From Eledone cirrhosa (taxonomy: Eukaryota): a DNA stretch of 64,000 bases. The position numbers and the translations under genes were made by a program. Numbering within the stretch: the stretch's first letter is position 1; every line of letters starts with the position of its first letter. The stretch is from positions 22,650 to 86,649 of the forward strand of contig CAXHJY010000429.1 in NCBI GenBank assembly GCA_964016885.1, read 5' to 3'. Positions 25,136-38,449 of the stretch are shown one piece after another. Under the pieces are notes generated by a model. That model worked only from the letters and a program-made list of their open reading frames with translations, made no database searches and had not been told where the DNA came from.

Positions 25136-25423
25136 ATATATATATATACTTATATATACATATATATATACTTATATGTTTATATATATATACTTATATA
25201 TATATATATACACACTTATATATATATATACACATATATATCTATATCTATTTATGCATATATACAGAATACACACACACACACACATATATATGTAGAA
25301 GTTCTATTTAAATTGTTGGGACACAAGCAAATATTTTTATAACTGATATAAAGCACTCAACAAATTATTGGAGTAAAAATACGATATATTAACAAATGGA
25401 AACTATATTTATAAAACCATATT

Positions 25424-25488
25424 TATTTCATTATACATATTTCAAGGACACCAAGTTAAATTATGATGTGCTTTCATCAGATAAAATA
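25424..25488 (-). ncRNA. Minimal type I hammerhead ribozyme motif
   Basis: Minus: TATTTTAT-CTGATGA-A...T-GAAA-TATGTA-TA-ATGAAATA; family copies at 47901 and 55189. Confidence 0.6.
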
Positions 25489-26136
25489 TAATATAGAGCA
25501 GTTTTATAAATAAATATAGACATACCCTTAAAGAATGCGACCATTTCTGTCGGAAGCTCCCGAGAGCTTCCAACAGAAATGGTCGCATTTATATATATAT
25601 GTATTTAATAGATTAACAGAGAAAGCTTTAAGTAATACTGCGACCGGCTTCCGTCTCACTCAACAAACATTAGGATATACCTTAGTATAATCCCAATTAT
25701 ACGTTTGGGGTGCTAACTATACGTATTTTGCGGATAGCCAGTTGTATTATTTTATATGAAACATAATTAAAATACATCTCTCTTTCCAAACGATCGTTTC
25801 ATTATAAGTTTTCTACAAATTGGGAAAATAATGTCCAGGTTATGTAGAAGCCTACACATAGCCCGTAGGAATATATGTAGGTGGGCACTTATAAATCATC
25901 AGTGAATGCCCGACAAATATCGATATAAAAAAAACCTTACCGATATTAATGTTCAGCGATGGTACCCCTCCGTGCTAGAATGACTGCCAAATTTGAAATT
26001 CCAGCAGTCTCACAATGAGAAATCTCACACTGCCATCAAGCGGAAAGGGGAGGTCATCACAAAAGAATAAAATAATATGCACGCGGGTCAATTAATTCTT
26101 TCAATAATTTTAACCATGCGTGAAGAACTCAATTGG

Positions 26137-26173
<37 letters not shown>

Positions 26174-26419
26174 CTCTGGTGGCTTGTGTGGTCTGTTGTA
26201 GGCATACAGTACATTCTGTGTGTTTTGTTTACGGTCTAAGCAATCAATTGTTTTAAATGTTGCTTACAGAAAATAATATATTTTAACAAACAAACATATA
26301 TATAATAATAACTGTTTCTACTTTTGGCACAAGGCCATCAATTACCCCAGGGCATTACTGGTGCTTTATTTTAGCGACCCCATGAGGATGAAAGGCAAAG
26401 TTAACCTATTCTAAACATC

Positions 26420-26450
<31 letters not shown>

Positions 26451-26455
<5 letters not shown>

Positions 26456-26950
26456 ATACTTTGGGAGGGTCATGTTGCCAATAAGAAACACATGCACCAG
26501 TTGCTTTCACTTCAATTTATTATAATAAATTTAGGAATTTATAAATTTCCGGTTGGTTGGTTGCTTCCACAACCAGATGGATGTTGTCAAAGTTCTTTCG
26601 TCACACATTATGACCTCTTCAGTGACTGGAGATTCTTTTCTTTGTTTTTGTGCCTCTCCTTTGTTCTGTCCTACGCCATCTTGTTTCTGTGTGTGACACA
26701 CACAGAAACAAGATGGCGTAGGACAGAACAAAAGAGAGGCACAAAAACAAAGAAAAGAATCTCCAGTCACTGAAGAGGTCACACTGTGTGACGAAAGAAC
26801 TTTGACAATATATAAACATCCATCTGGTTGTGGAAGCAACCAACCAACCGGAAATTTATAAATTCCTAAATTTATTATAATAAATTGAAGTGAAAGCAAC
26901 TGGTGCGTGTGTTTCTTATTGGCAACATGAGCCTCCCAAAGTATAACAAT
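26451..26950. mobile_element. Head-to-head pLTR dimer (about 245-bp arms) with two hammerhead motifs
   Basis: Near-perfect palindrome centred near 26697; hammerhead motifs at 26766-26806 (+) and 26586-26626 (-). Confidence 0.85.
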
Positions 26951-27231
26951 ATCGGTTTCAACACACGTTTTCAGATAAAGAATCTTGCTAAACAAATTCA
27001 GAAACGAAATATATATATATATAATTATATTGAAAATATGACCAAATACTGTTAATTATATCATATTTTAATTAACACACGTTTCTTTCATTTTATAGGA
27101 TATATACTTAATTATTAGTTAAGTATATAATCCAATAATTGGATTCATCAGAATTAATGAAACATAAATAACATTATTACCTCAATAAGATCATTCTGCA
27201 TAAAATTATACCATAACAATATATATATATA

Positions 27232-27558
27232 TATATACTACTAAAACTCTGTGATTGTGTGCTTGTCTGTTATTTAATACAGTGAAAACGGCTCATAATG
27301 GGAAAATATTTTGAAAGAAGTTGTCCTTGAAATGGGAATACAAATGAAATAAAACAAGTTTTGTGTAAATCGGAGTATGGGCTCTCGAGGGCACCTTCAT
27401 AAATAACCAACAGTTCCATGATAAAGAGTCAGTTCGCTATCGCGCTTACTGTTGTGTTTTATTTCTGAAAAGCCTTAGTGTAGTTAAGTTAAAGACAGAC
27501 AGGGAGAGATCCCACTTAGGTGACAACTAGATTACCCGTGACCCAACGGGTGGTCTAG
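27232..27558 (+). mobile_element. Non-autonomous Helitron-like element
   Basis: 5' TATACTACTAAAAC; 3' hairpin CCCGTGACCCAACGGG then CTAG|T. Confidence 0.6.
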
Positions 27559-28125
27559 TATATGTATATATGCTGACAGACCCAGATACTCTACCACTAT
27601 TTCTGCATGCAAGCCGTAGACTCCCAGCATTTTCACCCCAGCAAATAAACACCCTCTATTCGTTTTTTCCTACTGTTTTCTTTTTTCTAACTCTACTCAT
27701 GTTTCTTTCCCACTGAAGAATTAATGTCCCACACATTGTTCTCCTCACAGACTAGCATATTTTTACCTTTACATATTTAATCTTGTAATACTCGTTACTT
27801 TCTAATTAACTGTTTCAATTTCTGAACTGATTAACTGATTAACTAATTTATTTTCCTTACTTGTTACTTTTATATATAACAGAGTTGCGTAGCTTGCTTG
27901 AAACATTGTTTAATAGGAGACACAAATTTAAATTCAAACCAGAAAATATTTGGGATCGTTAAATTTGCTAAGATTCTTTTGTTATCTTGGCAATTTAACA
28001 ATCTTCATAACGCATTGTTTTGGTCTTCAAAATTTAAATTTGCATATCTTATATATATATATATATATATATATATCATCATCATCATCATCGTTTTACA
28101 TCCGTTCTTCCATGCTAGCATGGGT

Positions 28126-28161
<36 letters not shown>

Positions 28162-28206
28162 AGTACAGATTAAAGTTTAAGCACATATATATATATCTGG
28201 TTTAAG

Positions 28207-28252
<46 letters not shown>

Positions 28253-28498
28253 TACAGATTAAAGTTTAAGTACGGATTAAAGTTTAAGCAACGAATCCCT
28301 GCTTTTACCCTTAATCTTCTGAAAGCTTCGGATTTAGTCTTCACATTTATTATTACTATATATATATATATATATTTTGAGTATATGTTGGTTGTTTCTC
28401 TGAGAAATAACAACGCAACCAGGAGCTGGACATAGATTATTGACAGAGTAAAACACACTTCAACAACATGTGCACATGTCTCTACCACAGCAACTCGG

Positions 28499-28553
28499 AC
28501 TGCCTGAACAGGTCACAGCCAATGATGGCTGTCACCGAAATATATATAGCAGT
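28499..28553 (+). ncRNA. Hammerhead ribozyme motif with G8-to-C core change
   Basis: ACTGC-CTGAACA-GGTCACAGCC/GGCTGTCACC-GAAA-TATATA-TA-GCAGT. Confidence 0.65.
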
Positions 28554-28945
28554 ATATCTTTAATAAACGAAGCCAAATTTTAAATATTTGACTTAATTAT
28601 TTTATATATATATATGTATATGTGTATATATGTGTGTGCCCAAGGCCAGCAATTTGAAGGGGAGGGGAAAGTCGATTAAATCGACCCCAGTGCATTACTG
28701 GTGCTTTATTTTATTGACCCTGTAAGGATGAAAGGTAAAGTTAAACTCGGCGGGGTTTGAACTTAGAACGTAAAAGGCCATACCTCTATGCTGCAAAACA
28801 TTTTGTCCAACGCTCTACCTGGAGTGACTCTCTGATCTCTGACAGTAATAGTAATAAATTTAAAGGCATTAATTGAATACACACTTCTATATAGTTCACC
28901 TTCTTTATTCCTATCAAACTTGAATGAAAGGTCAGATTTTCATGA

Positions 28946-29146
28946 CTAAGCCACTACCGTCCACCTTGTGGTCCAGGCCAACAGGCTGGAGAATACATTG
29001 CCTTGGAAGACAGTGAAGGAGACACACTGGAACAGCCACTCCACCTCATGGGGCTTGCATCTGTAGGCAGACAAGTCTGCTCTGACAGCAGTGAGAAGGG
29101 ATATGGACTGGGAGGTTGTGGAGCCAAGAACTCCAGAAGTCTCCAC
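28946..29146 (-). mobile_element. CRE-clade (restriction-like endonuclease) non-LTR retrotransposon 3' remnant
   Basis: ETSGVLG...EVEWLFQCVSFTVFQGNVFSSL resembles the ETxGxxG...FLxQRLSxAxQRGNA end of CRE ORFs. Confidence 0.5.
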
Positions 29147-29350
29147 AAACCCATCAGAGAGTGGTCGATACTTTTACTCCTCAATTCTTGCGAATAAAAG
29201 GAAAATAAAAGACATGAGTAGACTTGGGAGTAATACGTTGCAGATTAAGTCTTAAAATTTCGCCTGGATTATAAAATATTTGCATATATATATATATGCA
29301 AATATATATATATATATATATATATATGTCAATATATATATACATATATA

Positions 29351-29449
29351 CAGGGTGTCCCAAAAAATGTATACACACTTCAACAGCATTTTAATAAATA
29401 TTGTCTGTACAAATAATCAAAGTGAATATACATTTTTTGGGACACCCTG
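29351..29449. mobile_element. 99-bp Tc1/mariner-type MITE
   Basis: TIR CAGGGTGTCCCAAAAAATGTATA at both ends with TA flanks. Confidence 0.85.
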
Positions 29450-29666
29450 TATGTATTAATTCGTCTCTAATTCTTAAACATGTCAATGAGAGAAATCTCT
29501 CAGAGAATCATTATTATAAATTAAAATTAAGTGAGAAAAAACTAATTATTATGGGAGTACAAACAAGATATACAAAAAAAAAAAGTAGGGAGATCTATAT
29601 ATAAGCGAGGTTAGATAGAATATTTTTTGTCTATCTTGTTTGTACTCCCATAATTAGTTTTTTTCT

Positions 29667-29699
<33 letters not shown>

Positions 29700-29813
29700 T
29701 ATATATATATAAAACCTGTAGAGCAAATATTTATATGTATGTAGAAAATATTTGTAGGTGAGAAAAAGGATAAAAAGGGAAAGTGCTCAACCAGGGACGA
29801 GATCTGATATATT

Positions 29814-30003
29814 ACACAGAACAAAAGCACTACCTAAGGTTTCAAGGCACAGTATTGATCCTACTTCCAGATTGTAAGAGGGCTCAAAAAGGTGACCTAA
29901 TCTAAGAGCCTGAAGATAAGGTCATAATTTTGATCCCTTTTACAATATGGAGATAGGGTCAATATTAAGCCTTGAAACATTGGGTACTGCTTTTGTTCTG
30001 TGT
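29814..30003. mobile_element. Fold-back pLTR-like remnant with long-stem hammerhead-like motif
   Basis: ACACAGAACAAAAGCA...TGCTTTTGTTCTGTGT; CTGAAGA(29910)-AAGG...CCTT-GAAA(29974). Confidence 0.55.
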
Positions 30004-30268
30004 ATAAACATAAATAAATAACAATATATACATCTGAGTTCAAATCCCGCCGAGGTTGACTTTGCCTTTCATCCTTACGGGGTCGATAAAATAAAGTACC
30101 AGTAATGAACTGGATAATTGCTGGCCTTGTGCCTAAAGTAGAAACAAATATATACATCTGTTTTTTTTTTATTATGTTTATATATTTAATACCATTCTGT
30201 TATTTTTATTTATTATTTAACTATTATTTTTTCTATATATTTTATGCAATATGATATTTTGGTTATAG

Positions 30269-30361
30269 CCAGCACAAACACTATCATCATCATCAGCATC
30301 TTTATCATCTGTTACATCTGGACCAAGTCAAGTCACAACAGTTTCTTTGAACAGTTCTTTG
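30269..30361 (+). CDS. Exon 13, Ser-rich mucin repeat copy 1
   Basis: GGTTATAG/GTACAT; PAQTLSSSSASLSSVTSGPSQVTTVSLNSSL; phase 0-0. Confidence 0.8.
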
Positions 30362-31035
30362 GTACATATCTACTTCATCTTATTCTTAAAGTTAACATTT
30401 TAGATATTGTTTCTACCTACCTAACTATCTCTCTATCTGGCTATTTATCTATCTATACATGTACGTATAGGTATATATATGCATATGGAATATAATATCA
30501 AAGAGTTTCTAAAATCCATACAATACAGTAGAAATGTCCAATGAGGACATAACAAAACTAAGTAATGTTTCACCCAGTATATTTCAATAGGAAATCCTCT
30601 TTTCAGTGGATCTGAAACATTTCAAAACAAAACGAATGACCTATGTGTTCTTTGTTAACTGGCCTACGGGCCTGAAATATGCATGAGTGAAGTAGTTATA
30701 GTAACCAGTCAGCTTCGTACAATTCCAATCAATTAATTATCTATGATTTGTTCCAGTTGAGGAGAATAACTTCACTGATGTATAGTTTAGCCTTTGTATT
30801 TGTCTACCATGTTGTACCGGCTTTTTGAAACTTATTGGTCTTTTATTACATATCTTACAATGCTTCATATTAACTATGCTATTATATATATATATATATA
30901 TACACACACACATATATACATATATATATATACACACATATATATATATATACACTCATATATATATATACAAATATATATATACACATATATATATACA
31001 TATATATATACACACACATATATATATCTATCTAT

Positions 31036-31207
31036 CTAAGGCGGGTAAAATTCCCGAGATCCATGGACGAGTTCTCTCCAGCGGTCTCTGTCCCTCATTA
31101 TCGCTGCCATATCCTGCATCTCCAACAGACCAGTGTCTGTCCTTAGGGCATCAACATATGTTAACCTTGGTCTTCCTCTTCTAGTGTGTCCATGTAGGGG
31201 CTCCCAA
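31036..31207 (-). mobile_element. RTE 3' end fragment
   Basis: [19 protein letters not shown]...REFYPP* plus (TAGA)n. Confidence 0.85.
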
Positions 31208-31319
31208 TATATATATCTACACATATATATATCTACATATATATACACATATATATATCTACATATATATACACACACATATATATATATATATATACAT
31301 ACATATATATATATATATA

Positions 31320-31928
31320 TGGTGGCTGCCAACTCGTTTTCGAGTATGGCCACTACTTTATATCCATGTAGGAGAACCCCTACCGATGTGCTGAACAAGT
31401 GTGACTTTTAAGTCCAGCCAGCGACTTGAAAACTCTGGTACAAACACTACACTTGTGACAATTATTGACACATAGTGCTGGGCCCATGGTACCATGTGAT
31501 GACAAGTGCAGAGAGATCTCCAGATATAAAGCAATGCCTGTGCCGTGAAGCTTTTATAGTGAGCAAAGGCACTGCACAAAGCCAGTCCCACTCTCTTAAC
31601 CAAGATGATATTTACCAAAAAGAAGAACAAGTCAACATCATTGGATACCATCAGGGTTGCAGGTGTTATATCAGAGTTTTCCTTCTCCTAGAATTCTGCC
31701 TTGACAACGGCTAATGGGTCATCTTTCCCAGTGATTTTGGATGGCCATTGACTCTTAAGAGCTCCTTTGCCCTTTGACAGGTTTTGTTTTTAGTCCTGCA
31801 GGATGTCCAAAGTCACCCTCCTCACCAAGAAACCTTGGTGGGGTTGCCAGTTTAGTCGCCAATGAATCGACCATGGGACAGGTTGTACTGGGATACATGT
31901 TACCAGTAGCACCAACTGGTGACCTGAC
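31320..31928 (-). mobile_element. Probable 5' part (UTR and decayed APE) of an RTE-like LINE
   Basis: About 45% GC island between (TA)n tracts; weak HxxTWxxxxG-like remnant. Confidence 0.35.
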
Positions 31929-32202
31929 ATATATATATATATATATACACACATATATACACACACATATACATACATATATATGTACATATGTATATAT
32001 ATAGATATGCACATATATACATATGTATATATATACTTGGTATTTATGTATGTATATACGTAGATGTATGTATATAGATGTGTGTATAGTGAATAATATT
32101 CTGTTTTTGTTTTTATATATATTTTATATAACTCTCTTATTTTTATTTATTATTTAACTATTATTTTTTCTATATATTTTATACAATATATTTTGGTTAT
32201 AG

Positions 32203-32295
32203 CCAGCACAAACACTATCATCATCATCAGCATCTTTATCATCTGTTACATCTGGACCAAGTCAAGTCACAACAGTTTCTTTGAACAGTTCTTTG
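32203..32295 (+). CDS. Exon 14, mucin repeat copy 2
   Basis: Identical to 30269-30361 including splice sites. Confidence 0.8.
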
Positions 32296-32558
32296 GTACA
32301 TATCTACTTCATCTTATTCTTAAAGTTAACATTTTAGATATTGTTTCTACCTACCTAACTATCTCTCTATCTGGCTATTTATGCCTGTCTATCTATCCAT
32401 CTATCTGTCTGTCTTTTCCATCTTTCTCCTCTCATTTATTATTACATATCTCACAATGATATATATATATATTAAGAAAAATGAAGTTTCATTTACATTT
32501 ATGTAGTTTTTTTCTTATTGTGTATCGACTTGTTACATGCATTTCACTGAATCACATG

Positions 32559-32604
<46 letters not shown>

Positions 32605-32607
<3 letters not shown>

Positions 32608-32995
32608 CTCCGGATGTCGGTGAGCATGTCCAGCCAACCTCAGTCTCCTCTGTGTCACTTTTGAGCTGACTCTTGGGATGCTCCCATACAGCTCTGAGTT
32701 TTTCATCCTCAGTGTATACTGATTAATGTTCAGAGCCATCCTCAACATTCTCGTGTAGCACCCATCCACCATCTGAGTGAGTTGACATTGCACTCAGTGC
32801 TCCTTTGGGAGCCCCTACATGGACACACTAGAAGAGGAAGACCAAGGTTAACATATGTTGATGGCCTAAGGACAGACACTGGTCTGTTGGAGATGCAGGA
32901 TATGGCAGCGATAATGAGGGACAGAGACCGCTGGAGAGAACTCGTCCATGGATCTCGGGAATTTTACCCGCCTTAGATAGATAGATAGATAGATA
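32605..32995. mobile_element. RTE 3' fragment with 5' inversion
   Basis: Reverse LTQMVDG...RHPE abuts forward [12 protein letters not shown]...FYPP* plus (TAGA)n. Confidence 0.85.
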
Positions 32996-33194
32996 TATAT
33001 GAAAAGAGTCAGGACCCCGATGGCTGAGCTCCGGCTGTTAGGTCAGACCTAGCTGTAGAAACGGCTGGAGCTCAGCCGTTGGGTCCTGACTCTTTTCCTA
33101 TTACCCACTCTACTACACTAAGTACCGAGTACTATGGTGCGTTATGGTTCACCTGGTATCTTACCACACTCCCTTCATTATATATATATTTTCT

Positions 33195-33575
33195 AGGGCG
33201 GGCAAAATTCCCCAGATCCATGGACGAGTTCTCTCCAAAGGTCTCTGTCTCTCATTATCACTGCCATGTCCTACGTCTCCAACAGACCAGTGTCTGTCCT
33301 TAGGGCATCAACATACGTTAACTTTGGTCTTCCTCTTCCAGTGTGTCCATGTAGGGGCTCCCACAGGAATGGCTTCAGAGGGGGAAGATCAACCACCAGT
33401 CACATCCTGATGCTGAGGAGAATATTAGAAGGAGCTAGAGCAAAGTGCCTTCCTGCGGTCATGGTTTTCATTGACTTTAGGAAGGCCTTTGATTCTGTGG
33501 ACCGTCACTGCCTAATGAAGATCTTAAGGAATCCCCAAGAAGATAGTGGACCTGATATCACTGCTCTACATCAAC
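33195..33575. mobile_element. Rearranged RTE fragment (reverse 3' end plus forward RT piece)
   Basis: GFRGGRSTTSHI...FIDFRKAFDSV on + strand joined to the reverse 3' end. Confidence 0.8.
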
Positions 33576-33692
33576 ATATATATATATATATATATAGTGG
33601 GTATTTGTGTATGTATACGGTTGTGTATATAGTAAATAACATGTTCTTATATTTTTCTATATATTTTATACAATATGATATTTTGGTTATAG

Positions 33693-33785
33693 CCAGCACA
33701 AACACTATCATCATCATCAGCATCTTTATCGTCTGTTACATCTGGACCAAGTCAAGTCACAACAGTTTCTTTGAACAGTTCTTTG
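33693..33785 (+). CDS. Exon 15, mucin repeat copy 3
   Basis: One synonymous change (TCA>TCG) relative to copies 1 and 2. Confidence 0.8.
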
Positions 33786-34609
33786 GTACATATCTACTTC
33801 ATCTTATTCTTAAAGCTAACATTTTATATATTTTTCTCTATCTAATTATTTATCTACATATCTCTTTGACTAATTATCTATGTATCCATCCATCTGACTA
33901 TCCATCCATCTGTCTCTAAATATCTAACTATCTGTCTATTTATCTATTGATGTATCGATACACCTACCTATTGATATATATGCATATATATATATGTCTA
34001 TCTATCTAGCCATCTATCTATCAGTTAATCTATCTATCCATCCATCTGTATGTCTATCTATATATCTATCCATCCAACCATCCATCTGTATGTCTATCTT
34101 TTTGTCTATCGATCTGTCTCCCTACACTGTTTAGCACGTTTGCAAATATGCAAATTCTCGCACAGACATGCCCCCCCCCCCCCCGCCACATTTTACTTCG
34201 CTGATGCTTAACTGTCTTACCACAAAGATTTGGTATATTAGTTCCTTTTGAAATGCAATGCTCTAAAATGGCAGACAAACTACATTTGTGGTTTCCCTAT
34301 GAAAAATACGCACAAACATAAAAGAAATTACCATAAGTCTCAGTTATCTTTTTATTTCTTCCATTCTCTTCTATTTTATCTCCTGGTGGAGGATTAAAAT
34401 ACAAAACTTTAAGGTTACAATTCACTTGATGCATTTATAATTGCTTTTATACATATTTCGATGATAACAGTTATGCAACATTTATTACTATAACCGTGAT
34501 TATGAATAAACGAAGATGAATTATAACCTGTTGACTTGTACTTCATGATTATAAATATACTCTGGAGTAAACAGACCTACTTTGTACTTCGTACTACTAC
34601 TACTACTAC

Positions 34610-34782
<173 letters not shown>

Positions 34783-35191
34783 ACCAAAGATTAGTATGGT
34801 TCGTTGATTACTCAACGAATACAATAAATAAATATATATATATTTATATATATATATATACACATATATATAAGTATTAATTGCGTCCATAGGCAGTATG
34901 CCAAGATGAGCACTCGAAGTTGTGGGGAGCAGAGTATCAATAATAACAATATATAAGGGAACAAAGAATCAGTGTTACATCATATATATATTTAATTACA
35001 TATTACACATGTTTCACTGCCGATCAGCTCGAGGAGCGATCGATTAATGATCGAACCTGACTCTGGAATTGGGAGCTCCTCAGATATGTGTTAATTAAAT
35101 ATGTAATTAAATATGTATATGATGCAACACTGATTCTTTTTTCTCCTTATATATATATATACACATAATAATAATATATATGAGAAGAAAG

Positions 35192-35225
<34 letters not shown>

Positions 35226-35286
35226 TTTATTCAAATTTTCCTGAAATAATCATTTATATTTCTCTACTGTTATATTTTGGTTACAG

Positions 35287-35352
35287 CTACCTCCAGCATC
35301 TTCATCATCTGATCAAGGGCAGACAACTGGAACTACCTTCACTCAGAGTTTG
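35287..35352 (+). CDS. Exon 16, diverged mucin exon
   Basis: GGTTACAG/GTACTA; LPPASSSSDQGQTTGTTFTQSL; phase 0-0. Confidence 0.75.
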
Positions 35353-35969
35353 GTACTAAATTCTTTGTAAAGATAATCTAACTAATTAACATGGATAAAA
35401 AAAAAATTAAAAAAATTTCTTTTTCCTTGCTTGGGAGTAAATATACCTCCAGCCCCTTCTCGCACATGCATACACATACATACATAGATACATGCATCGA
35501 TACATACATAGATACTCATTCTATTCAGGTTAAATAGTGAGTCTTGTTACACTGGGGTTTTGTCTGTTAATCACAGGGTCATCAGACATATAAAACAATC
35601 ACGTAGGAGACAGTAGGTTCAAATTTACCTACTTTATGTGTTGCACAATCGCCGTTATATGTATTTCGATGGTAACTGTTATGTACAGTTATGACCTTAT
35701 TACTCAATAAATGTAATTACAATAAATGTAATCTGAGTTTTTCGAATATTAATAATAACATTCGATTCGTTTGCAATTATGCAAACAAGCCTCAATTTTA
35801 TAGCCATGTCAGTAGAATGAACACTTCATTCTTGCTCTTGCTCTGGCAGTTTGGCAGGTGAACAGTGAGCTGCACTAATAAAGGGTGATATCCAGAAACA
35901 TTAGTGTCTGCAGTTATGTTCACATGCCAACACAAGAGTAAGAATGAAGTGTCCATTCTACTGATATGG

Positions 35970-36480
35970 CTATAAAATTGAGGCTTGTTTGCATATTTGC
36001 AAACGAATCGATGGCACTCTTGAGTCATCTCGATCATGCCCCTTAGGCTTATAGCTGATCCTATGGTTGTGGGACGCCTTAGCTAGCGCTGAGTTATAAT
36101 AATCAACATTACTATTGAAGATCTCTTTATTGGCAGACAAGTTAGAGATCCTGTCAGAGACACTCCTAACTACGGCCTTAACTATAGATCTAGGGTGATT
36201 GGACCCAGCGTTGATATACACCAGCTTCTCATTGGGTTTATGATATGGGCGGTGTAGTTTGGTGTTGAGGTTGAGGGTGGTGTCCAGGAAATTCACTACT
36301 TTTCTATTGAGTTCCATCTCTACTCTAAGTCCTATCTTGCTAAAAAAGTGTCCAATTCTCCTCTTCATATTTTCGACCATTGTGGTGCTGTGGTATACGA
36401 CGGTGAAGAGTGCATCGTCTCTGTACAGTCCGCCACCAAGGTTGGGTATTTCGCTCCTGATCTCGTAGGTCAAATACCAA
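35970..36480 (-). mobile_element. Penelope-like reverse transcriptase fragment
   Basis: GLYRDDAL...VNFLDTTL...YHKPN...YINAGSNHP...RISNLS, typical of PLE RT and thumb. Confidence 0.88.
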
Positions 36481-36626
36481 TCCTACTAGCATCTACAAAC
36501 TGACCAATGAGAATTAAGATTATTCCTGCTGACAACATTAAATTATCCCTAACAAGCTCACATGTCCCAAGGCTCTGAAACCATCAACACCAAAAACACA
36601 GAGCTGGCATATCTAAGAACTCACTA

Positions 36627-36682
36627 ACTGCCTGATGAGGTCATAACCATACAATCGCTATCATCGAAATATATATAGCAGT
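36627..36682 (+). ncRNA. Minimal type I hammerhead ribozyme with canonical core
   Basis: ACTGC-CTGATGA-G...C-GAAA-TATATA-TA^GCAGT; lies next to the PLE RT fragment; stem II imperfect. Confidence 0.75.
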
Positions 36683-37303
36683 AAATAAAAGATTATGAGT
36701 TCATGCAATTGACTTATGTTTCGTCACTATATATATATATATATATATATATAAATACAAGTATCCAGTTCCAGGCAGTCTCTATTATTTTCTCTCTAAC
36801 CTCATCTTCCCACTACAAACCTGACATTACACCAGACTTGCCAACCTCTAAAAACCCAAACGGGGAACACCATGTAAAAAATGGCCCCCAAACATCCCTA
36901 AATGCTTTCCATTAGTGGCTTGGCAGTATCTGTAGAGGGTCGGACGCCATGCTTTGACGCATAGAGTTACGGCCCTTGCCATTCTGAGTTCAAGTCCCGC
37001 CGAGGTTAACTTTGCCTTTCATCCTTACGGGGTCGATAAAATAAAGTACCAGTAATGCACTGGGTAATTGCTGGCCTTGTGCCAAAATTAGAAACAATTA
37101 TTACACTAATGCTTTGCCTTTCGTCCTTACGGGGTTGATAAACGTACTGGGGAGGTTTAATCACCACCCCCTCTAAAAAATGTTTGACTTTTTGCCTAAA
37201 TCAGAAATTGCTGGCCTTGTGCCAAATGTAGAAACAATTATTATTATTATTGTTGTTGTTATACAGTTTAACACGTTGCTTCACTGTGCTTTGCTTCATG
37301 ATT

Positions 37304-37334
<31 letters not shown>

Positions 37335-37400
37335 GTATATATATATGTGTATATACATATATATGAATGTATATATACACATATATATATACATGATTAT

Positions 37401-37445
<45 letters not shown>

Positions 37446-38449
37446 GTATAGCATGACTAGGCTGTGTAACTACCAAAGAAACATTTGTAAACACTCGGAA
37501 TAAATTACCTTTTTATGATGTCTACCTGTTTCATTAATCATTCTTTATATATATACATGTATATATATGTATATCTATATATACATATATATATACATAT
37601 ATATATATACATGTATATATATATGATATATGTTGTCATCTAACAGGTTAACTAACACACGCTCACACACACACATATATAATATATATATATATATTCC
37701 TATACATGTGTGTATATGTAATATATGTAATCCATTTTCCTTCTTATCTGACAGGTCAAGTGTTTTTCTCCCAATAAATTATTTTATTCTGTATTGTTTG
37801 CAGCTTGGAACAGTGAAAAACCCTAAATCGTTAAACCTTATTTCTAGATTATAAAGGATTACAAACTTTGTTGACGACAATTAGTCAGCAAAACTCTATC
37901 GACTAAACTTTGTAGGAACTTCACTGTTTCACACAAACTACTAGTAACTGATATGAGAAGAACCCCCACCCCACCCCACAAAACACTAATAGTATATTAT
38001 GTTTCGATTAGTTTGATCTCCGATCGTCATAAAGTGTTTTATTTCTGGATTTGCATTTAAATACCAGACTAGATTTGAAGGAGGAATATCTAAAATAAAG
38101 GTAATCTAGACTTATACTGTGAACAATACCAGAAATAATTATAATTCGCCCGATGAAGATCGAACGAAGATCATACAGACTGAAACGCTGTGTAAATATG
38201 AAGATGGTAAAATATTTTATACCCTAAAAATATGGTTAAAATTTCTGAAAATTATAAATCTTATTGAAAATATACCTTCTGTGGTTTTTTCACTGCAGGA
38301 TACCATCTCAGATATCCACTGTATTTCACTATTTAGGTGGAGGATCTAAATTCTGAGTTCAATTCCCGCTAAGACCAACTTTATCGCGACTCTTTCACAC
38401 ACACATATATATATATATATATATCGTTATGTATTTTCTTCTATTTCAG

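Noticed and set aside
25640-26130. Possible decayed coding or transposase sequence
   Set aside because: Many stops and no motif I can recognise with confidence
30244-30495. Hydrophobic ORF IIIISIFIICYIW as a repeated TM exon
   Set aside because: Wrong frame; the splice phase gives the Ser-rich reading
31840-31928. HDV-like ribozyme in a putative RTE 5'UTR
   Set aside because: P1/P3-like pairings are visible but P2 and P1.1 could not be made consistent
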